Below, piece after piece: positions 11,960-23,010 of a stretch of 60,000 nt of DNA (the first letter of the stretch is position 1; each line of letters opens with the position of its first letter). Source of the stretch: Lama guanicoe (lineage: Eukaryota). The position numbers and the translations under genes are program-made. Under the pieces are notes generated by a model that was given only the letters and a program-made list of their open reading frames with translations, was not told the DNA's origin and made no database searches. The DNA lies in the NCBI GenBank assembly GCA_013239625.1, contig MU053934.1:9879352-9939351 (forward strand), in the 5' to 3' direction.

Positions 11960-14900
11960 CAGAAACAGACACCTCCATCAGCGCCTCCAGCGGCCGGTTG
12001 TTGTCCAGGTCACGGCTGAGCTGCAGCTCGCCCGTGGCGGGGTCCAGCAGCAGCAGCTGGAGCTCGTTGCCCTGCAGGAAGGTGTAGTTGAGGCTGTCGG
12101 AGAGGTCAGGATCATGGGCCGGGATGCGGCCGATGACGCCGGTGGGAAAGCTGTTGGACTTATTGGTGACATAGTTGTTGAAGAGGATCTGGAAGTCCGG
12201 CAGCACGGGCGGGTTGTCGTTCTGGTCCAGGAGGCGGACGCGCACTGTGGCCCGGCTCACCAGGGGGGCCGACGTGGCCTGCACCACCAGCACGTACTCC
12301 TGCCGGACCTCAAAGTCCAGCTCGACCAGGGCACGCAGGTCCCCACTCAGCAAGTCCAGCTGGAAGACCTCAGGTGCGTTGCCTTCCACAATCTGATACA
12401 TGATCTGGGCGTTGGGGCCTTCGTCGGGGTCGCTGGCTCGAATCTTGGCCACCACAGACCCCACCGGGCTGTTCTCCTCCACAAACAGCTCCAGCTCGTC
12501 CCTCTCAAACACTGGAGGGTTGTCATTGATGTCCAAGACGGTCACCTGGATTTCCACCGAGGCACTGAGGGTCACCGGGCTACCCCGGTCCACAGCCAGG
12601 GCCCGAAGGTTGTACACGGCCACGTTCTCTCGGTCCAGCCGGCGCTGGGTGCGGATCACGCCGGACGTGGGCTCAATGTAGAAGTCCCCATCGCCATCGT
12701 CCCCACCCTGGAAGGTATACAGCAGGCGGCCATTGGGGCCTGAGTCCCGATCCGTGGCTGAGACCTGGAGGACGCTGGTTGACGGGGGAGCATCCTCGAA
12801 GACGGAACCCTGGTAGAAATCCCGCAGGAACCGAGGTGCATTGTCGTTGGCGTCTAGGATGAGGATCTCCAGGGAGGTGGTGTCAGACTTCTGAGGGATG
12901 CCATTGTCCCGAGCAGTGATGGCCAGCGTGTAGGCGGCCTGGTCCTCATAGTCCAGCTCTGTCATGGTGTAGATGGTGCCGGAGTCCGGGTCGATGCGGA
13001 ACTGTGGCACAGGGTCCTCCAGCACATAGGTGATGCGTGCGTTCTCCCCCGTGTCCTCGTCGGTGGCACTGATGGTGGCGATGGAGGTGCCCACCGGCCG
13101 GTCCTCGCTGACGCTCACCGTATAGTGGGAGCTCTGGAAGACCGGCCGGTGGGTGTTGGCATCCGTGACGTTGATGAAGACTTGCGCGGTGTGCGAGCGC
13201 ATGCCATCCGATGCGGTTACCGCCAGCACGTACTGCCGCTCCTGCTTGTAGTCCAGCGGCAGCGCCAGGGTGATGAGGCCGCCGCCGCTCTGGCTGCTGA
13301 GGGCGAAGCGGTTCCGGGTGTTGCCGCCAGTGAGTTGGTAGGTGATCACACTGTTAGCATCCCGGTCGAGGGCCCGCAGGGTCAGCACGCTGCTCCCCAC
13401 GGCTGCGTCCTCGTTCAGACGCAGCTCGTATACGGGCTGCGTGAACATGGGGTCATTGTCATTCACGTCCAGCACCGTGATGGACACGCTGGCCGAGGAA
13501 CTCATGGGCGGAGAGCCGTGGTCCACCGCCTCCACCCCGAAGCTGTACTGCTCCACCTCCTCGCGGTCCAGCTCCGCGCACACGGTGATCCAGCCCGAGC
13601 TGTTGTGGATCTGGAAAGGGAAGTCCGCAGCCGGGCCGGGGTCTTGGGAACCTGCACTACCACTTCCCACGGAGGCTGAGGCAGTGTCCACCAGGCGGTA
13701 GCGCAGACGCGCATTCTCACCTGCATCTGCGTCCACCGCCTGAATGTGCAGCACCGAGTAGCCCAGAGGCACGTTCTCCAGCACGGCTGCCTGAAAGGGG
13801 CTGCTCACGAATATGGGGGCGTTGTCGTTCACGTCCAGCACCTGCACCGAGACCAGCCCCGAGGAATTGATGAGTGGAGGCCGGCCCCCATCCTGGGCCT
13901 TGATGCGCAGCGTGTACTCCCGGATGGCCTCGAAGTCCAGCGGGTTGATCACGTCCAGGCTGCCGCTCAGCGAATGCAGGTAGAACTGCCCCTTCAGGTT
14001 CCCGCTGATGATACTATAGTGTATGGCCGCGTTCTGGCCCTGGTCCCGATCCGTGGCCTGCACTCGCAGCACTGGCGTGTTGACCGCCACGTCCTCGGGC
14101 ACCTGGACCACGTAGCGCTTCTCGCTGAACTGCGGGTAGTTGTCGTTCTCGTCCTCCACCACGATGTGCACGGTGGCGGTGGCACTGAGAGGGCCTGGGT
14201 TGCGGCCCTGGTCGTTGGCCTCCACCAGCAGCTGGTAGGCGGCCTCTTCTTCCCGGTCCACCACTGCCCGGGTGCGCACCACGCCTGTGCGCTCATCAAT
14301 CTCGAAAACGCCGCCCGCACCCTCCAGCAGGCGGTAGCGCATATTGGCATTGGAGGGCGCGTCGCCGTCGGTGGCGCGAATGGTCAGCACCTCGTAGCCC
14401 ACTTCGAGGTTCTCGCGCACGCGCTCGCGGTACTCAGACTGCTCGAAGACAGGACTGTGGTCGTTGGTGTCGCTGACTGTGACGGTGAGGTAGGTGGCGG
14501 CCGAGCGCCGCGGCGAGCCGTGGTCCACAGCGCTCACCTTGAGAACATGCGTGTCCTTGGTCTCGCGGTCCAGTGCACGGGCGGTGCTCACCAACCCTGT
14601 GTCAGAGTCGATGAGAAAATAGCCATTGGAGCGCTCGTCGAACAGCGCCTCCATCTGGTAGCTAAGGCGCCCCGCCTCCCCCTCGTCAGGGTCGTGCGCG
14701 CGCAGCTCGATGACCTCCGTGCCCGCCGGCTGGTTCTCGGGCACCGACACCTGGTAGCTGGGCAGCTGGAACTGCGGGCTAGTGCTGCCGCCAGCGCCCC
14801 GCCGGGCCCGCCGCGCCGCCCCTGCCCTGGCCCCAGGCAGACTTGGCGACGACGGCGACAGCGATGGCGAGGGTGTCCCCGAGGACGCCTCCAGCTCCAG

Positions 14901-15427
14901 CTCCACCCAGATGGTGCCGGTCGCGCGCCGCAGGGCACATAGCAGGCGGAGGCGGGCCGAGCCACCAGGCGGCAGGCAGACAGGGCGGCGTGGGCAATGG
15001 GACGGGAGGCGCGGCGGGCAGCTGCAGGCGGGGAACGTGGTCAGGGCCGCGAGCGCCGAGTGCAGCGTGTCCCCGCCGCCGCCTCCGGGGGTCGGGAAGC
15101 AGAGCAACGCGCCGGGGCCGGGCACCGTGAGCACAGCCCGCGCACGCAACTCCGCGCCGGGAGCCCGACCGCGCGGGGGTCGGGCGCCGCAACCGGGACC
15201 GTGCGCGCGTGCCCGCAGGCGGAGGCTCAGAGCGGTTTGGGAGCCACGGGCCACCAGGCGGACATGCAGCGGCAGCGGACGCCCCGCCAGGCGAGCGCAG
15301 CCCCGGGGCCCCGCGCCGGGCCCGCGCCGCCGCCCCGCCAGCCGCCCGTCGCGGCTCCGGTCCAGCAGTTCCCGCAGCGCCCGGGGCGTGCGCGCGGCAT
15401 CCAGCGCATAGGTCCATCCGGGCCCAT
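11960..15427 (-). CDS. CELSR1: CELSR1 (cadherin EGF LAG seven-pass G-type receptor 1) coding exon 1: prodomain, furin-type site RRARR and about 8-9 cadherin repeats; 5' end disrupted in this sequence
   Basis: ORF 11787..15623(-) has repeated cadherin motifs (LDRE, DxNDNxPxF, AxDxD). It matches the mammalian CELSR1 sequence as I recall it (PGWTYALD...RELLD...; SPQFQLPSYQVSVPEN...; ...RPLEALMEVSVS). The match ends at TCT G|GTGAGT, a phase-1 donor with the intron starting at 11959. A Kozak ATG (gccATGg) sits at 15427. The ORF-track start at 15623 is a GTG. Confidence 0.96.
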
Positions 15428-16800
15428 GGCCCAGAGCGAGCCCGAGCCGGGCGCCCGAGCACAATCCATGCACCCGGCGCGGCTCCGCATCCACCCGGCG
15501 CTGCCGGGGGGCGGCTCCCGCGCGCCCGGTGCCGGGCCCTCCGGACGGCTCGCGCCCCGCCTCCCCGGGGGCCCTGGCTGGGACACCGGGGACCGGGCTC
15601 CCGGTCTCCCCTGCAGCTTCCACTTCGAGAGCACTTTGCGAAAGTTTTCGAAGTAGGTTTCAAGATGGCTCCTCCGCGCGTCCCGAGAGGGCGCTGCGCA
15701 TCAACCTGCGGTGGTGGCGGCTTTCGGTGGCTCCAGGTGGCTCCCGCGCGGGATCGGCCGGGCGGCGTGGGAAGCGGGACGGGCCTGGAGCGGGACGAGG
15801 GCTGCGCTCCCGGAGCGGGCTGGGCCGGTCCGCGCCGCTCAGACCCGGCGGCCGGCNNNNNNNNNNNNNNNNNNNNNNNNNNNNNNNNNNNNNNNNNNNN
15901 NNNNNNNNNNNNNNNNGCCCGCGCTCTCCCCGCCCCCGGCCCGGCCCGGCCCCGCCCCCGGCCCCGCTGCGTATTGTTCAGCCCCGGGGGGAGCTGGCCT
16001 GGAGGTGCGCGCCGGGAGGATCGCTATGGAGACGCGGGGGCGCAGCCTTGGCGGGGGCCCGGGGCCGGGCCCACTCTCCTGCGGCCTCCCCACCAGGCCT
16101 CCCTGGGGGGCGGAGCCCAGGGAGCAGGGCTGGGCGAAGGCCGGCTGGGGGGCTCGGTGCGGCTACTACCAGTCGGGCGGTGGCTCCACTCGTCCGGTGC
16201 TGAGCGCAGCCAAAGCCCCCCACCTCACCCCACCCCGGCCAACACTGATTCGAGAGACCGCCTCCCCCGCCGCCTCTCTAGTTAGAGCCAGGAGGAGAGG
16301 GAGGGGTGCGGAGGTGCCGGGAAGGGGACCGGGTCTCCCCTCGGCTGTTGCTGGGGGCGATTACACATTTACAGCAAAAATGCCGGAGGCTGAGGTGCTT
16401 TATCCGACAAAACTTCCCTGGACTTTGAAACCCTATAGGCAACTAACCAGATTCGGGTCCCACTTGGTTTAAAACGAACTTTTAAACGAAAAGAAAAACA
16501 GGCCGGTTGACACTTGGAACTTGAATCGGGGACGGCGGAAACGAGCTCGTCTCCCGCGTATGCGGCCCGCCTGAGCGCTCAGTTCGTGGACGCGCCGTCC
16601 CGGCCCGGGGCCTCCCCGCTGGCTACTGCCGAAGCGAGGCGGGGAGCGTTGGCCCTGCAGGCGGCGTGGGGCGGGGAACCACCTGAGTGCGGGGTAGGGG
16701 TGGGGTCTTAGAACTGTACGCCAGCACCCCTTCTCCGTCCCCCACCCGATCTCCTGCAGGGAACAGATCGGGGTGGCGCTTTAGAACTAAGCAACACCTG
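14300..16800 (-). promoter_or_regulatory. CELSR1: CELSR1 CpG island / promoter and 5' UTR
   Basis: Very high GC and CpG density around the first exon, GC boxes (CCCGCCCC) at about 15930-15960 and a YY1-like CAAGATGGC at 15661. Boundaries are approximate and the region includes the N-gap at 15857-15916. Confidence 0.85.
15857..15916. other. Assembly gap (N-run) in the CELSR1 CpG island
   Basis: Run of N. Confidence 0.99.
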
Positions 16801-17163
16801 CCCCACGTCCTGCGGGACACAGCCTTTGTGTACGGTGGGGGCTGTTACTACTGCAAGACACTCGTCCTCCGGCGGGGCTTTAGGACTCTGCCACCGCGGG
16901 GTGAGGAGGTGCACTTGTTCTCCGTAGAGCTCTGGGTGCCAGAACCCACTCCAGCTCCTCGGCCTCCCAGGGGTCGGGGACAGTGGGGGGCGGAGCAGAA
17001 TCCCTCCTTCAGACAAGGCCCCTCCTAGTCCCAGCAGCAATAGAGGTGGGAACTGTTGCGCACTGTGCTAGAGCGGGTTTTTCTGACAAGGGAGACGGCG
17101 GCTGCATTTCCAAGCTGAGCGCAAGTAGGTGTGGAGCTGGGTCACAAGAAATGAACAACTTGA

Positions 17164-17316
17164 GGGGAGGGTATAGCTCAGTGGTAGAGCGCGTGCTTAG
17201 CATGCACGAGGTCCTGGGTTCAATCCCCAGTGCCTCCGTTAAAAATAAATAAATAAATAAGTAAGTAAGTAAACCTAATCCCCCCCCCCCGCAAGGAAAA
17301 AAACAACAAAAAGAAA
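17164..17316 (+). mobile_element. tRNA-Ala-derived SINE (camelid Vic-1-like), well-preserved copy
   Basis: Intact A box TAGCTCAGTGG and B box GGTTCAATCC, AGC anticodon at 17199-17201, followed by (TAAA)n, cctaatc, a C-run and an A-rich tail. Confidence 0.9.
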
Positions 17317-20300
17317 GGTGGAAGTAAACTCAGCCAATATTACTTAAACAATGTCTTCGGGCTGAAGCCAAATATGAGCATTCTCTCCCCATTAGCAAAG
17401 ACTTGAAGTTGTTGTTATTGACAGAAAAGATAGATTTGCTTTGGAACCTTTTAACCTGGGAGTTTCCGCTGGCAAGCCCTGTAGGGAAATGTGTGTGGAG
17501 AGAGGGGAGGAGGGAGAAGAGTCCATCCCTTCACAGCGACCGTCCAGGCCGTCCCCTGACTGTCCTTCGTTTTTCTGGGGAGGGTCAGAGGGCAGGAGTT
17601 TTTAGGTCAGAAAGGCAGGGAGGACCCTCCCCCTCCCAGCCTCCCAGTGGAAAGCTCCTAGCCAGAGTGAAGGGGACCCACACTGGAGAACCTCTGGGGT
17701 GCTTATTTCGCAAGAAGACTTTAAATAGGGTGGGTTGGGTTTAAATAAACAAAAGATTCTGTTGCACTGCACTTGGTTTTTGAAAATTCAAATGCAGTGA
17801 ATGAGTTTGGGTGTGAGCAAGCTTTCCTGGAATAAGACACCTGCCAGCCGCAAGGTAAACCGCAGGGGCCGCCTACACCACTTCCTGGTCCCAGAGACTG
17901 GGAGGGGAACACAGGGACAGGCCTTGCCAACAGGGCGTCCAGCAAAAGGCTCAGAGACACGTGATGGTTCCGTCCACACGCAGGTCGGAAGCAGGCCACC
18001 CCACCACACGGTTTAGAATGCACACCGGCAGAGGGAAGATTAAGAAAAGCAAGCAGATGATGTGAGTGTGGTCAGGAGGAGGCTGGGGAGCGGGGGATAC
18101 CCGCTGTAGATATGCAGGTTAGCGGAGTGTTGCCTTCCAGTCTTACATGGAGCAGTACGCACATGCTTTATGTACTTTTCTCTATGCTGCGGTCCACAAT
18201 TTTAAAGAGTGGGTTGGGAGGAAGGAATTAAAAACAGGCTGCAGCTTGTGATGTGACCGCAGGGAGATCCAGTTGTTTCCGAGGAACAGAAATCACGAAT
18301 CTGAAATGGCTGCATCTTAGAGGAGTCAAGTTCCAATTCTGCCACTACCTGGCTACATGAGCTTCTCCAGGGTCTAACTCCTCATCTGACTGGAGATAAC
18401 AAGATTCTAAATTCCTGGATTGTTGGAGGAATAGTGAGATCTGTGTAGAGGATGGCTCAGGCCTGGCTCAGACGCAGACCTACTACAGGTAACCTTTACT
18501 GTCCCCAAGTCACTGTCAAGGATCGCAAGATCACAGGGCTTATTCAGTGTCTCCAGTGAATGGTCGAAATTGCTAATTAAATGGTGCATGCACTGTCCTT
18601 CGTTATGGAGTGGCAGGGCTGGGGCAATCATCTGATTTCCCAGGAGGTCTGTGCTTGGCCACTGATCAGGTCCGCCCAGAGTGTTCACATAAAGGGAACC
18701 CAGCCCAGGAGGGGAAGGCAGGTGCTTGGGGCTACAGGAAGGGTGTGGCATTGTGGTGGCCTGTCCAGGACCACTGAAGGGGCTATGTTCTGTTCCCCTG
18801 CCCTGCTCCCTTGGGGGTGGCTCAAAGCAGTGCTGTCGCCTCGGTCTCCCTGAGAGCCACTGGCAGGGAAGAGGCTGCACGTCTAATGCTGTCTGTGGGC
18901 CAGGAGTCGCCGCCACCCTCCTCGGGCTCAGTGAATTGTGATTGATGTTTCTGTTTTGCGTGCACCCCTGAGGTGTTTCACATGAAGCAATTGCTTTTAA
19001 AAAATAAAAATAGAATTTTTTAAAGGTAGGAGTTGTGGGTTTCTAGTGTTGTACATGTTCTAAAAAGCAGCTCAAAACACTTTTTGCCAGGGGCTCAAAC
19101 CAGATCCCACATGAATTCTGGAATCTGTTCCTTACACAGTAAATTCCTGGGCCAATCTTTAAACAGCGAGGAGCTCCAAGAAACACCCCATTGGTGAAAG
19201 CGGGAAAGCAAGTCCGGGCCTGGGCCCCTTGTTACCCTTTTTTTTGGAATTCAGAGGGAGAACCCTCTTGGGGACGGAATTCATCACGCCCCCTTCTCTC
19301 CCTGGTGCCCCTCCCCTTTGGTGGGTCTGACTTGTGGAAAATCGTGAAAGTTAAAACATGGAGCAGAATCAGGACCTTGACTTAGTCGGAGTGTTAGTAG
19401 AAGCAAGGGGGTGGAGGAAATTTAGATCCTAACGGAGCCCATTTTAAGTACCAGAGCGTCCCTGAGAGACCCAGGTAACGTAATGACAAAAAGGAAAATT
19501 GCTTTCTGCTTGGAAGTTGCAGAGCCTTCCCAATACCAGTGCTAGGACTTCTTCTGGACTCCCAGGCCCCTGGGCTGGGCTGGGCTGTGTGGCCTCAGGG
19601 GCCCCTGGGTGACAGTCCTTCCAGGGAAGCCAGCTTCGATAGGTGTTGCCTGAGAGGTCACACCTGCCTACCCGTGCTGGCCCCATCCCTGACAGGCCTC
19701 AGCCCTGGAAAGTTCTGGAAGGCTCTGGAAGCTGGCATGGGCAGGGCTTGGAGTCCCAGCCTCCAGACTGACACAGCTCGGTGCTGTGAGCATGGGGTGA
19801 TGGATACAGGTCTGGTGTCTCGAGTTGCCACGACATTTCTGGGGAGCCTGGGGGCAGGGCGGGGGACAAGGTGTCTGGCCTCTACCATCGGCCCCCCTCC
19901 CCACACCAGGCGGGTTCCGGAGAGGCCCGCCCAGGCCCGCCTCAGGCTGCACTGACCCCTAGTGGCCAAGCAGAGTCTCTGCCCGACCCGAGACGTGCCC
20001 GCCAAGCCCGGGCTGTGAGCCGGCGGCAGGGACGGCGAGAGCTCCGGGCGGGGCGCGCAGCCCCGGGAGCGGGCGGCGCCAGCTGGCCCCGAGCGGGCCG
20101 GGCTGCCTGGGGCTCCCGGGGCTGCAGGCCGAGGGGCCCAGCTCTGCAGGACGCCGGGCAGACCGCGGCTCAGAGCTCACAGCATGGGGCTGGGCTCCCT
20201 GGGGACTCAAACTGGGTAACCGGAGCTGGCAGACGGGGGAGCTCCAAATCCAGCCCTGAGCACCCGGAGGGTCCAGGGGCTGCATCTGAGGGAGACGGCT

Positions 20301-20579
20301 GGTCCAAACGGGGCTCCCCAAAACAGGGACGCCTCAAATGTCAGGAACGGGGCCACGCAGGAGACTGTTTCGTGCACGATGGGGAAGGGGGCAAAGACAC
20401 CACCGGAAGGTCCAGCACTTCGCCAGAGTCCACGGCGGGAGACGTCCGTATTCTGTCATTACTATTGCCATCATTGTTGTCCTGCCTGCCCCCACACACG
20501 TAAACGGCGTCACGAAGCCAATGCAGGGAAGCACTGCTGCCTTATTTTGATGATTTTTCTCCTCCACATACTTCTCTTC

Positions 20580-21460
20580 CCTTTTTTTTTTGAAATGTAT
20601 TTTACAGATTCATCTTGTTTTAAATGTACAATTCAGTAAGCCAGAAAGAGAAAGAAAAATGCCATATGAGATATCACTTACATGTGAGATCTAAAAGAAA
20701 AGGACACAGATGAACTTCTTATTACTTGTAGCTTAGGTGATCGATTTCTTCAATATGTGTGAACACATCTGACTGTCCTTCATGACTGCATTACCGCGTT
20801 CTGTTGATCCTTATTTTGTGGTTGGCTTTATTCCTCTGATAACTATGTAAGTTTAAAAAGCTGAAGCTCTAAACTGCCCTTAGAAACAGTGAACAGTATA
20901 GATAAGTAAATTTTAAAAATAGGTGCAGTGTATTGTGTGTATGTATTTAAATGCAATATATTGTCTATGCGCAGTCAGATTGCATCAGTTTTACCTAATA
21001 AAACTGAAAAGTGAAAAAAATTAAAGCTAAAAAATAAATATAATATACAACTCTGTGCTTTTTAGTGTATTCACAAAGTTGTGCCACCATCACCACTGTT
21101 TAATTCCAAAACATTTCCATCGCCCTGGAGAGAAGCCCCAAACCCATTTGCGGTCACTCCCAATTCTCTCCTTGGCCCCGTCCCCTAGCAAACGCAAATC
21201 CACTTTCTGTCTCTATGGTTTTGCCTCTTCCAGACATTTCATATCAATGGAGTCACACAATACGTGGCCTTTTGTATCTGGCTCCTTCCCTGCAACACAA
21301 TGTTTCCAAAGATCCCCTAGGTTGAGGCTTGTGTCATTGCTTTGTCCCTGTTTTTGGCTGAGTAATATTCCATTGTGTGACTGGGCCACGCTTTGTTTAT
21401 CCATTCATTGCCTGATGGATATTTGGGTTGTTTCTACTTGTTGACTATTTTGAATAACCT
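20580..21460 (-). mobile_element. Old L1M 3' fragment interrupted by the insertion at about 20638-21040
   Basis: ttaaatgtacaattcagt ... tttttagtgtattcacaaagttgtgccaccatcaccac ... gctgagtaatattccattgtg ... gatggatatttgggttgtttc. Confidence 0.8.
20638..21040 (+). mobile_element. Chimeric retro-insertion: ~80 bp L1 3'UTR piece plus AT-rich non-L1 sequence with AATAAA and an A-rich tail
   Basis: The first ~80 bp match the L1 copy at about 1158-1237. AATAAA at 20997 is followed by an A-rich tail. The insertion is flanked by a diverged TSD (aatgtacaattcagt / aatatacaactctgt). Confidence 0.6.
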
Positions 21461-22895
21461 CCTTCCAAGTGGAGAGAGAAAAAAGCAAGGCACTTCTCTC
21501 TGCAAGAATGCACACAAAATCTTTTTTGAAATTGTTCTTACTGTTCGCATTGTTTTGACAACGTGACTACAACCATGCTGTCATCAGTGGCTTGCAGGGG
21601 ACTTTCTTTGGGGACTTTCCTCAATTTCTGCTAGGTACAGGGAGGGCACTGAAGGACTAGGGTGAGGCTGGGAAGCTAGTGGCCTCTGTTTTTCTGCTCT
21701 CTCCCCATTGCCATCCAGGGCCTCCTGCCCCCAGCAGCCACCGGTGGAGGATCTGCCAGCTGCCTGGTACCCTGCCCCGGCTTCCCACTTCCCTTCATGC
21801 ATTCTTCATTAAATATCCCCTCAACATCATGCTGAACGCAACAGGCAATGCCCTGACCTCATGGAGAGATTATTCTCGTGGGAGAATTCAGTCAACATAA
21901 AGAAACATTCTTCTTCAGGTGAAGGAAATACAGTGGAACAATGGAGAGAGTGGTGGGTGGGCTATTTAGGGGAGGTGATCTGGAAAGGCCTCCTGGCCAG
22001 GTGACAAAGGGGCAGAGGCTGAAGGGGCCCAGGCCTTGGGAACATCTGGGGAAAGCACATTCAAGGCAGGAAAGTCAGCAAAGGCCCTGAGGCAGGAGTG
22101 TGTGTGCTGGGACATTTGAGGCTGGTGTGCGTGGAGGAAGAACGTGGCAGGAGTCACGTGGGCCGTGGCCAGGGCTATGGTTTTTCTTGTGCATCTGATG
22201 GGAAGGCACCAGGCAGCTGAGAGCAGGGAGAGCAGGGAGGTGATGCACAATTTCAAACCGTCACTCTGGCTGGTTGGAGATGGATGGAAAGGGTTTGGGA
22301 GGCCACGGCACAGGCACCCTGAGCCAGACCAGTGGGGAACATGGAGGAGGGAGATGTGGTCGGATCTGAGCCGGGGTTTGGAGGGGAGTCAGCAAGACTT
22401 GCCCGTGGACTGGAAGTGGGAGGTGAAAGCAACAGAGACACCAGGTTTCCCCCAAAAGCTGGGCCCAGAGACACGGCAATCAGTAATCCAGGCCCCCTCC
22501 CTCCCTCCCCACCTCCACGCCTCCTTCTCTGAGACCCTCCGTCTCCACTGAAGGGCCCCGGTGCCTCAGCCCGCACGCTCGGGTGGGGAAGTGTCTGGTG
22601 AGAACCACTGCGTGCGGCTCCGCTCAGGGGCCGCGGGAAGGTGGAGACAGGAGAAGCCCTGTGTCTCCCTCTGGAAGCTCCCACCTCCCCGTGTCCCTTT
22701 TGGAGGGAAGGGGGGCCAGGAGATACCCCTCCTTGTGTTTTTCTGTTACTCAACTTGCAAAACTTTCCCTGAGTGTAGGGGAGACGGTGGGCAAGATGAT
22801 TCCTTTAGTGACACTGCCAGAACGGGGGAGACCCAGGTAAGGTAAAGACAGCTCCTGGGTCGTAATTATACACCCTCTAAAAAATAATAAAGGCA

Positions 22896-23010
22896 GGGAG
22901 GGCAGAGCTCAGTGGTAGAGCACATGCTTAGCACGCACGAGGTCCTGGGTTCAATCCTCGGTACCTCCATTAAATAAAACAAAACAAAACAAAACAAAAA
23001 CAAGAACAAA
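22896..23010 (+). mobile_element. tRNA-derived SINE with (AAAAC)n tail
   Basis: gggagggcagagctcagtggtagagcacatgcttagcacgcacgaggtcctgggttcaatcc... Confidence 0.87.

Noticed and set aside
11928..14942. Long + strand ORFs (271, 184 and 398 aa) antisense to the CELSR1 exon
   Set aside because: Shadow ORFs expected opposite a GC3-rich coding exon; no recognisable domains.
15428..15623. N-terminal 'MEAAGETGSP...' extension of the 1278-aa ORF
   Set aside because: Starts at GTG, is low-complexity GC-rich 5' UTR and has no signal peptide; it is in frame only because of the apparent deletion.
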